A stretch of 64,000 nt of DNA. Source: an uncultured Gammaproteobacteria bacterium. Its GTDB lineage: Bacteria; Patescibacteriota; Microgenomatia; UBA8517. The stretch covers positions 128,063 through 192,062 of the forward strand of contig CAZYCE010000001.1 of the NCBI GenBank assembly GCA_964645605.1, in the 5' to 3' direction. The notes below the pieces were generated by a model. That model was not told the DNA's origin. It was given only the letters and a program-made list of their open reading frames with translations, and ran no database searches. Both the position numbers and the translations under genes were made by a program. This document shows, piece by piece, positions 56,391-64,000 of the stretch; within the stretch, counting starts at the first letter, position 1, and every line of letters begins with the position of its first letter.

Positions 56391-57071
56391 ATGAAAATGA
56401 AAAAAAACATTCTTATTTTGGAAAATGTTTCCAAAATCTACAAAATGGACAGTATTTTAGTAAAAGCTTTAAACGGTGTTTCTTTAGCTATTGAAGAGGG
56501 TGAATTTGTGTCGGTAGTTGGTTCTTCAGGCAGCGGTAAATCTACTCTTATACATATCATGGGATGTCTTGACACACCGACTTCCGGAAAAGTGATTTTA
56601 GATCATCATGAAATAAGTAAACTGGGAGAAAGGGATTTGGCGCAAATTAGAAACAAAAAGATTGGTTTTGTTTTTCAACAATTTAATCTTCTAGCTCGTA
56701 CTTCAGCACTGGATAATGTTATTCTTCCCTTAATCTATAATGGCACGTCCGAGACGGAAATGCGTCAAAAGGCGATAGACGCTTTAAACAAAGTTGGCCT
56801 AGGGGATAGACTGGATCACCACCCCAATCAATTGTCGGGAGGCCAACAGCAAAGAGTAGCCATTGCTAGGGCATTAGTTACCAATCCGGCAATCATATTG
56901 GCGGATGAACCGACTGGCAATCTTGATTCAAAATCGGGTATTGAAATAATGGATATTTTTAAAAAGCTGCACGAACAAGGAAGAACTATAATTATAGTTA
57001 CTCATGATCAAAATATTGCCTCTCAAACTGAAAGAACAATTAAATTAAAAGATGGTTTGATCGTAGATTAA
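56391..57071 (+). CDS. ABC transporter ATP-binding protein (MacB/LolD-like)
   Basis: Walker [10 protein letters not shown], signature [15 protein letters not shown], Walker B ILADEPT. Confidence 0.9.
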   Translation: MKMKKNILILENVSKIYKMDSILVKALNGVSLAIEEGEFVSVVGSSGSGKSTLIHIMGCLDTPTSGKVILDHHEISKLGERDLAQIRNKKIGFVFQQFNLLARTSALDNVILPLIYNGTSETEMRQKAIDALNKVGLGDRLDHHPNQLSGGQQQRVAIARALVTNPAIILADEPTGNLDSKSGIEIMDIFKKLHEQGRTIIIVTHDQNIASQTERTIKLKDGLIVD

Positions 57072-57076
57072 TCATA

Positions 57077-58303
57077 ATGCAAATTAAACAGCTTACCAAA
57101 GTTGCTATAGAGTCATTGCGGATCAATAAATTTCGGTCGCTTTTAACTGCACTGGGAGTAATTATTGGCGTGGCCTCGGTTATTCTCCTTGTGTCTGTCG
57201 GATCGGGACTTAAAGAGTATATTACTGATCAAATGCAGGATATGGGTTCCAATTTAATTATGGTTGTTCCCGGAGATATTGATTTGGATAATATTAGTGC
57301 AGGTTCCGGCGGCGGCGGAGCGATGGGGAGTGCTTTTTCTTCAGTGACATCTTCAAAAATAAGATTAGAAGATGTTTACGAGATAAAAGAATCAGTTCCC
57401 CAGATTGAAGGTGCGGTTGCTATGGTAATGGCCTCCAGTCCAATTAGATATATGGGAGAGTCAAAAATTGTACAAATAATAGGAACAACAGCAAATTACA
57501 TTGAGGTTGGAAATACAGAATTTGAAAAGGGCGGTTTCTTTACCGAGTCCGAAGTTAATTCGGGAAGAAAGGTAATAATTTTGGGACATAGAATATATGA
57601 GGATTTGTTCGGAGAAGAAAATCCGCTTGAGAAGAAGATTAAGCTTGGTGAATATTACTACCAGATTATGGGAGTAATAGAAGAGGAAGGAGGAGAAGGG
57701 AGCATGAGTCCGGATGATAAAGTTTTTATTCCGATTACGGTAGCCCAGCGCCAGTTCGGTCAAGACAATGTTAGTCTTATTTTTGCCCAGGTAAAATCCA
57801 ATGACGATGTTTCAATAGCTGTTCCTTTAGTTGAAGAAGTCTTAAGTAGGAGACTTAATAAAGAAGATTTTACAGTTCTAGATCAAAAGGAAATTCTTTC
57901 TACCGTTTCCGCGATTTTAAATACCCTAACTGCCGCTTTGGGAGGAATAGCTGCCATCTCACTTTTAGTTGGAGGAATTGGTATTATGAACATAATGCTT
58001 GTTTCGGTTACAGAAAGAACTCATGAAATAGGTTTGAGAAAAGCCCTGGGTGCTACCCCTGAGGTAATTTTAACTCAATTTTTGGTGGAAGCCGTTATTT
58101 TGTCTGCTGGCGGAGGAGTGATAGGCATTCTTGTCGGCGAAGGTGGCGCATTGTTGTTAAATAGATTTATGCCGGCGACGGTTACTTTATGGTCTATCAT
58201 TTTAGCATTTGTTGTTTCCGCGACAGTGGGAATAGTTTTTGGTATAGTTCCGGCAAGGAAAGCCTCTCAACTTTCCCCGATTGAAGCATTGCGTTATGAG
58301 TGA
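57077..58303 (+). CDS. ABC transporter permease, FtsX/MacB-like
   Basis: An N-terminal TM, a large periplasmic domain, and three C-terminal TM helices. 408 aa, typical MacB-type topology. Confidence 0.8.
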   Translation: MQIKQLTKVAIESLRINKFRSLLTALGVIIGVASVILLVSVGSGLKEYITDQMQDMGSNLIMVVPGDIDLDNISAGSGGGGAMGSAFSSVTSSKIRLEDVYEIKESVPQIEGAVAMVMASSPIRYMGESKIVQIIGTTANYIEVGNTEFEKGGFFTESEVNSGRKVIILGHRIYEDLFGEENPLEKKIKLGEYYYQIMGVIEEEGGEGSMSPDDKVFIPITVAQRQFGQDNVSLIFAQVKSNDDVSIAVPLVEEVLSRRLNKEDFTVLDQKEILSTVSAILNTLTAALGGIAAISLLVGGIGIMNIMLVSVTERTHEIGLRKALGATPEVILTQFLVEAVILSAGGGVIGILVGEGGALLLNRFMPATVTLWSIILAFVVSATVGIVFGIVPARKASQLSPIEALRYE

Positions 58304-58442
58304 GAAACGGATGAATAAACGAAATGTCTATGAAAGCACAAAAAATTTAGGTAAAGACCAGGTTTTTCCTTTTTGTCAAAAAATAAGGCCCAGAGAGAAA
58401 AAGTGCACGAAAAATCATTAAGTCAAAACTGAATACGCAATC

Positions 58443-58478
58443 CTCAACCTATTTGTATTTTCAGTTTGAGGCTTTTTT
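58443..58478 (+). terminator. candidate intrinsic terminator downstream of the efflux operon
   Basis: A CCTCAA...TTGAGG stem followed by the CTTTTTTGG T-tract. The loop is long, so confidence is modest. Confidence 0.35.
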
Positions 58479-58930
58479 GGTGCTTACCGTTGGGATAATA
58501 ATTTTAATATTTGTGGCCTGGCATTGGACAAATCCATTGGCCCGGTGCGCAAGAAAAGCAGGAGAGGAGGAAAAAGCAGGCTGGCTGGCCTTCAAAAAAA
58601 TGGCTTAAGGATTATTCGGTAGCCAAAAGCTATCTGGTGGACTCTGTAATTTTATGGAAAAAATATTTTGTTTACAGGACGGTTTAGGGATTTTCGATTA
58701 CTAAGGCTCTTGCGCGCAGGCACCTGTCAAATTCTCGGAGGCAATACAGAGAGGCTCTACCGTTTACCCATCTTTTTATAGAGGGTGGTAAATGAAATCA
58801 TTAATTCAAATATTCTTTCCCAGCGCTCTCCTCGTCCTTTGGGGGTTATGGCCTCGGAGGTTGGGGGATCCGGCGGGTTTTTCGGAGGAGACTACGGTGC
58901 GGGGTAAAAATTTAATATATAATTATTTTT

Positions 58931-59503
58931 ATGTTTGGCAGCAAAAGGAACGGAAAGGTAGGAACATTTATTGCAATTTTGCTCTTTGTAATAGTTATTT
59001 ATTTTCTTGCTAAACACTCAAACCTAATTACAGACGTTCTTCATAAATCGGGTCCCTGGGCCTCTATCGTGGCGATATTAATTTATCCACTTTTGGCTCT
59101 AACTCCTATTACAACCGATCCTGTAACTGTAATAATGAGTGTGACATACGGACCTTTGCTTGGTGCGGGAATAGCCCTTATTGGTAATACTATAGCTGCA
59201 ACGATAGAATATTTTCTGGGTTACAAGATCGGTAAATCTGTAAATTTTGAAGAAAGAAAAGAAAAGATGCCCTTCGGATTGGGAAAATTACCCGTTAATT
59301 CGATTGGCTTTTTGATCTTCGGAAGAATGATTCCCGGTTATGGCGGCAAGATCCTTAGCATTCTGGCAGGTGCCTATGAAGTTCCAATCAGACGCTACAT
59401 TTGGACAACCACCGTTACCAACTTTTTAGGATCCATAATTTTAGCCTATGGAGGTTTCGGCCTCGTTGAGACAATTAAATTTACAAAAATATTAAAAATA
59501 TAG
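58931..59503 (+). CDS. DedA/TVP38-family membrane protein
   Basis: VTYGPLLGAGIALIGNTIAATIEYFLGYKIG matches the DedA core motif region. Confidence 0.7.
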   Translation: MFGSKRNGKVGTFIAILLFVIVIYFLAKHSNLITDVLHKSGPWASIVAILIYPLLALTPITTDPVTVIMSVTYGPLLGAGIALIGNTIAATIEYFLGYKIGKSVNFEERKEKMPFGLGKLPVNSIGFLIFGRMIPGYGGKILSILAGAYEVPIRRYIWTTTVTNFLGSIILAYGGFGLVETIKFTKILKI

Positions 59504-59829
59504 TGAATTTAAAAGAGGGTAACCCAATAATATTAAATCGGATCCTGATGGGGAAAGCACTTTATGGTAGGGGGGTTGAGAAATTGAAAATGAGGGTTTA
59601 CCACGGAGGCAACGATGAAAAAAATCAAGACGGTAATCTCAGATAGAAAGAAAAAGTCAACTCCCCAGAGAGAATGGTAATAATTCTGAAAGATGCATGG
59701 GAATATTGCGGTACAAGGCCGGGGGATGAATTTAATAAAATCTTTAATGTCGGGCTTAAGTTAAATAGATTTTTGGATAAAGAAGTGCAAATTAGAATAC
59801 ACCTTCTTCTCTCCAGGCCAAAAATATAG

Positions 59830-59890
59830 TGGTGTTTGGGGAGAAACGTGTTTTAGGCACGACATACAAGACCGGATCTTTTGTGTATTG
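59830..59890 (+). repeat. intergenic repeat family copy C (shortened; second hairpin only)
   Basis: GGGGAGAAAcgtgtTTTAGGCACGACATACAaGAccGGATCTTtTGTgTAtTG aligns to the 3' half of copies A/B with a ~15-nt deletion. Confidence 0.6.
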
Positions 59891-60188
59891 TATAAAGCCC
59901 CACTTTTTTGTGGAAAAAGATAATTTTTGTTCCATTCTTACCTCTCTAAGCACGCACTAATCAAATATTCTTTGCTTGTCCAAAGAGTATTTGGAAAGAA
60001 AGGACACCGCCGAATATAAATTAATAGCTTCTTGTCTTGCTTGTATTTTGTTCCCGAACTTTCGTCGTAAAGGTCTCGGTTGGAATACTCAACCTTTTGA
60101 AATGTACTCGTTAATCTCGTCGAAATTAAATTAGATAGGCGGTTAGGGCAGGAGCGGATTCAAGTGAGTTTTTGTGTTAAAATGAACT

Positions 60189-60509
60189 GTGTTAATAGCA
60201 ATACTTGTATTTCTAGTTTTGTTTTGGCTTCTTGGATATGCTCCTTTTGAAATCCTTCACATAGTGCTTTTCACTTTTAGGGGGCTGACGGTTACTATCT
60301 GGAGTGTCTTAATTTTTATAGTTCTTATTTGGCTAATAGGAGTTTTACCAAGACCTCTTAGGGAAATCGGAATTGTTCTTTTTATAATTTGGATTTTGTC
60401 AATTTTGGGAATAATTGTTGTTGCAGGACTTTCCAACATTGTAATAATTGCAATAATTGTAGGAGTTTTACTTTATGTTTTGGGTAGCGGAGGTAAAAAG
60501 GGAGATTAG
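60189..60509 (+). CDS. small hydrophobic (3-TM) membrane protein
   Basis: A 106-aa ORF almost entirely hydrophobic with a Gly-rich tail. Confidence 0.4.
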   Translation: MLIAILVFLVLFWLLGYAPFEILHIVLFTFRGLTVTIWSVLIFIVLIWLIGVLPRPLREIGIVLFIIWILSILGIIVVAGLSNIVIIAIIVGVLLYVLGSGGKKGD

Positions 60510-60518
60510 TCCAACCGA

Positions 60519-60547
60519 TTGACGAAATGGGGTATTTGATGTATACT
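60519..60547 (+). promoter_or_regulatory. strong sigma70-like promoter TTGACG-17-TATACT at the start of the 16S rRNA leader
   Basis: TTGACG at 60519-60524 and TATACT at 60542-60547, ~390 nt upstream of the mature 16S 5' end. Confidence 0.45.
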
Positions 60548-61760
60548 GCGCATACGCTGAAGGAATAAGTTGACTCGTGGAAACCCCATTGATAACTCTC
60601 CAAGATCTTTAAAAGTAATAGGAAACAGGTTCCAAGTAGTCAGTTTTTAGTCGAACTCAGAAATTTGCCTCTTTTGGAGGCTTATCGGTTTTTACCGAGT
60701 TTAAAGTGAGTTTAGTATTGTCCATTTGCTGCCTGTGTCGTATTACTTTTTTAACTGGCACATTAATATCCAAAGATAACCCCGAAGTATACACAACGGG
60801 GTAAACAGGTTAATACAATTTTCCAAGCCTCTGTGCGAAGTTTGGGAACGGTCTAAACAAATTTACGTGTTTAGAATTCAAAATGTGATTGAAAGCAGGA
60901 TTAATCACGTTACAAATTACAATTTGTAATCGTGACTATTTGAGGGTTTGATCCTGGCCCAGGATTAACGCTGGCGGCATGCCTAATGCATGCAAGTAGA
61001 ACGAGTCCGCCGCAAGGCGAACTAGTTGCGAACGGCTGAGTAATGGATAGGAATCTTCCCAATGGTGTGGAATACCTCATCGAAAGATGAGCTAATACCG
61101 CATGACCTCGAAAGAGAAAAGCACTTAACTGTGCACCGATGGATGAGCCTATCTCCCATCAGCTTGTTGGTAGGGTAAAGGCCTACCAAGGCTATGACGG
61201 GTAGGGGGCGTGAGAGCGCGTTCCCCCAGAATGGGACTGAGACACGGCCCATACACCTACGGGTGGCAGCAACAGGGAATCGTACACAATGGACGAAAGT
61301 CTGATGTCGCAATGCCGCGTGGAGGATGAAGGCCTTCGGGTCGTAAACTCCTTTTACAGTAATAGAGATGTTATTGAGAATAAGCACCTGCTAACTCTGT
61401 GCCAGCAGCCGCGGTAATACAGAGGGTGCAAGCGTTATCCGGATTTATTGGGCGTAAAGCGTTTCGTAGGTTTCTAGAAAAGTTAATTTTCAAAGACCAC
61501 GGCTTAACCGGGGAAAGGGAGTTAATACTATCTGGATTGAAATATGGTGGGGCTTCTGGAACTGATGGTGTAGTAGTGAAATACGTTGATATCATCAGGA
61601 ACTCCGAGGGCGAAGGCAGGAAGCTAACCATTTTTTGACACTGAGGAACGACAGCTAGGGTAGCGAAAGGGATTAGAGACCCCTGTAGTCCTAGCCGTAA
61701 ACTTTGCTCGCTAGGGGTTATGATTTATCACTAGCCCCGTAAGCTAACGCGTTAAGCGAG

Positions 61761-61820
<60 letters not shown>

Positions 61821-61936
61821 CCAGTGGAGCATGTGGTTTAATTCGAGACGAAACGAAAGACCTCACCCAGCCTTGACATACAACCGTTTTAAGCACCTAG
61901 AAATAGGAGCCTATCTTTAGAAATATTGATGGTTGA

Positions 61937-61967
<31 letters not shown>

Positions 61968-62277
61968 CCGTAGGGTGTTCCCTTCAGTGGGGTAACGAGC
62001 GCAACCCTTGTCCTAAGTTGAATATTCTTAGGAGACTCCCTAAATTTATTTTAGGGGGAAGTGAGGACGACGTCAGGTCAGCATGGCCCTTATAGCTGGG
62101 GCGACACACATACTACAATGGAGCCGACAGAGGGTTGCCAAGCCGCAAGGTGGAGCTAATCCCAAAAACGGCTTCTCAGTGGGGATTGGGGGCTGCAACT
62201 CGCTCCCATGAACTTGGAATTGGTAGTAATCGCGAATCAGCATGTCGCGGTGAATACGTTCTCGGGTCTTGTACACA

Positions 62278-63114
62278 AATGGCCATAAACACGGCCAAAA
62301 ATGCGCGCCAAGCAGTTTTTAAAACTAGTTGGTCAAAATCCAACCTTCGATAATATCGATGTAGCCAAAAAATTAGCAGGTCTTTGAGAGTAATTTCTAA
62401 GACCGGAGGGCTTGAGGCAAAACGCAGCCGGACATAATTAATTTTATGAACTAAATCGACCTATGGTGTGTCATAGGGAAGCAGTTAGATTCGGATGCAT
62501 GGAACAGTTTTTTAAATAACCTTGGGAGATCCCGCTTTATAGCGGGAAGTCAGCTGATCCATAGTAGCGCGAGTCAAATAAATTATACATTTATTTGACG
62601 CAGCGTGAAGGGAGAAACCTAGATGATTTCAGCAGATTATATTGTAGGATTAACTGATGGAGAAGGATGTTTTTATATAGATGTCAGGCCTCCTGATAAA
62701 AAATATCAGAGGGTGAAAACAGGTATAGAAACTCATTTTTACATCAAATTGAGAGAAGACGACTATTCGCTTTTAAAAGAAGTTAAAGACTACTTTAAAT
62801 GCGGAGGTGTGTATTTTCAGAAAGAAAAAAGGAAAAATCATTCAGCTTGTTATCGGTTTGGGATTAGTTCCCAAAAAGATATACATGAAGTTTTGATCCC
62901 TTTTTTTGATAAACACCATTTTAGAAGTGAAAAGAAGAAAAATTATTTAATTTTTCGGTAAATAGCGAAGATGGTGAAAAAAGGTCTTCATCGAAAAGAT
63001 GAAAGCTTAAAAAGGATTCTACTTTTGAAATCGCAGATGAATTCTGGGGCTCGCTCGGTGCGGGAAATCCGCTCGCCGAGTGGGAACGCGAAGTAACTTT
63101 AAAACTATCGCAAT
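62278..63114 (+). mobile_element. intervening sequence/intron within 16S rRNA carrying a LAGLIDADG homing endonuclease gene
   Basis: It splits the universally conserved TGTACACA|CCGCCCGTC sequence (E. coli ~1391/1392). Joining the exons restores the consensus. It contains the ORF 62623-62961. Confidence 0.8.
62623..62961 (+). CDS. single-motif LAGLIDADG homing endonuclease
   Basis: YIVGLTDGEGCF is the LAGLIDADG motif. Its 112 aa length fits the homodimeric single-motif class. It lies wholly inside the 16S insertion. Confidence 0.8.
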   Translation: MISADYIVGLTDGEGCFYIDVRPPDKKYQRVKTGIETHFYIKLREDDYSLLKEVKDYFKCGGVYFQKEKRKNHSACYRFGISSQKDIHEVLIPFFDKHHFRSEKKKNYLIFR

Positions 63115-63382
63115 CCGCCCGTCAAGTGAGTAAAGTTGTATATACCTTAAATCCCGTTGTACGGGATCAAGGTAGAGACAGCGATAAGCACTAAGTCGTA
63201 ACAAGGTATCCGTACTGGAAGGTGCGGATGGATCACCTCCTTTCTAAGGAGATGACAACCCTGATTTTTCAGGGATGTTACACCCCCATTTTAAGTTACG
63301 GGTTTTTTGGTAAAAAAACTATAAACGATGCTTTCAGTCACATTTTGAGTCCTAAATTTAACCAAATCTTTGGAAATCAAGC

Positions 63383-63411
63383 AAAAACCACCTTTTAGAA
63401 GGTGGTTTTTT
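63383..63411 (+). terminator. rho-independent terminator ~140 nt after the 16S 3' end
   Basis: AAAACCACCTT-TTAG-AAGGTGGTTTTTT: a 9-bp perfect stem, a 4-nt loop and a U-tract. Confidence 0.75.
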
Positions 63412-63565
63412 GTGGCCAAATATGTTTATTGTTACTTACCCAAGCATAGTAATTATTCTTCTTTTTTGCCACCCAAAGAAGAATGAAAAAGGGTTCCCAC
63501 AAAAATTTGTTGGGTGGATTAAAAAAAATAAATTTCAGAAGTATATTCGGATGAGTTAAGAAATA

Positions 63566-63662
63566 TACGGGTAGACACCTCCAATCCATCGACGGATTGG
63601 AGGGGAAGGTGGGAGAGAAAGTAATTATTGGATAATTTAGGCACGACATACAGGATTGGATC
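63566..63662 (+). repeat. intergenic repeat family copy B
   Basis: CCTCCAATCCATCGACGGATTGGAGG (one mismatch from a perfect palindrome), followed by GGTGGGAGAGAAAGTAATTATTGGATAATTTAGGCACGACATACAGGATTGGATCTTGTATGTA. ~88% identical to copy A. Confidence 0.8.
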
Positions 63663-63680
63663 TTGTATGTAATGGGTAAG

Positions 63681-63968
63681 TTATCTGAGTGGTTTGAGGC
63701 CGATTACGAAGCGTGAGTAGGAGTATCTGTCGTGTTCCTTGTATCCTTCAGGGCCCCAACCGCAGAATGAAATAAGAATTCCATTTGGGTTTTCCTTAAA
63801 ATATTCAAAAACAGGATCAACTTCAGTTATCACATCAAGAGCATTTTTTGTATTTTTGTCATATTTAAGGATCTTATCGTGGGGAATTTGGGCGACAGCA
63901 AAGACTTCATATTCTTTTGTGCCACCATCCTCGAAAAACTCAAATGTTTGACCATCAAGATACTGCAT
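63681..63968 (-). CDS. hypothetical protein (5' end may extend beyond window)
   Basis: ORF only, with an acidic and aromatic-rich composition. Confidence 0.35.
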   Translation of the reverse strand: MQYLDGQTFEFFEDGGTKEYEVFAVAQIPHDKILKYDKNTKNALDVITEVDPVFEYFKENPNGILISFCGWGPEGYKEHDRYSYSRFVIGLKPLR

Positions 63969-64000
63969 TTGAGAGGCAACCTGATCAGCATTTTTATCGG

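Overview
This 64 kb window looks like a small, gene-dense, mostly plus-strand bacterial genome of the Candidate Phyla Radiation / Patescibacteria type. That placement is an inference from the features, not a database hit. The features behind it are short genes with frequent start/stop overlaps, and a 16S rRNA gene interrupted near its 3' end by an ~840 nt insertion that encodes a single-motif LAGLIDADG homing endonuclease. The 16S is followed by its own terminator with no 23S downstream, and there is a tRNA with a UAU anticodon.

The content runs from start to end as follows. It opens with core carbon metabolism: the GAPDH 3' end, a LOG-family protein, a transketolase split into N- and C-subunit genes, a free-standing ATP-cone protein, a class I aldolase, a PfkB kinase and a 2-hydroxyacid dehydrogenase. 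Two tandem 739-aa class A PBPs sit on the minus strand. An nrdR, B12-dependent class II RNR (nrdJ) and PduO-type cobalamin adenosyltransferase operon follows. Next is a membrane-anchored TraD/VirD4-like P-loop ATPase with a small upstream partner ORF. A tRNA-Ile(UAU) lies directly beside a tyrosine recombinase, followed by about 0.8 kb of non-coding structured DNA with an IS30-like HTH remnant. A tRNA-Met(CAU) is followed immediately by a duplicated acceptor/T-arm minihelix. Housekeeping genes follow (trpS, ftsH, 5'-3' exonuclease, GT4, fpg, recF, nnr, fic, ATP-dependent DNA ligase, PRTase, pth, Atl-like). Then comes a divergent copper-homeostasis locus: membrane protein, copZ, a CcdA-like membrane domain fused to a cupredoxin, then csoR, a cupredoxin paralog and copA. 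A trxA, proline-rich ORF, trxB and DsbA-like thiol-redox cluster follows. After that come a pseudo-tRNA fragment, tRNA-Lys and tRNA-Glu, a 2.1 kb ORF-poor tract holding a short tRNA-Gln-like gene, a MacA/MacB-like efflux trio, DedA, and the intron-containing 16S.

The signals most worth a second look are listed here. A three-copy ~95 nt intergenic repeat family carries a perfect 24-bp palindrome. A TTACAAAT/ATTTGTAA motif recurs upstream of several genes, including the 16S. tRNA-derived duplications sit beside both tRNA loci. A candidate CsoR operator lies inside a TTGACA-18-TATACT promoter. An orphan 674-aa protein carries a PEP-synthase-like nucleotide-binding domain but no phosphohistidine domain. 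The intron junctions do not fit canonical group I rules. No CRISPR array was found.
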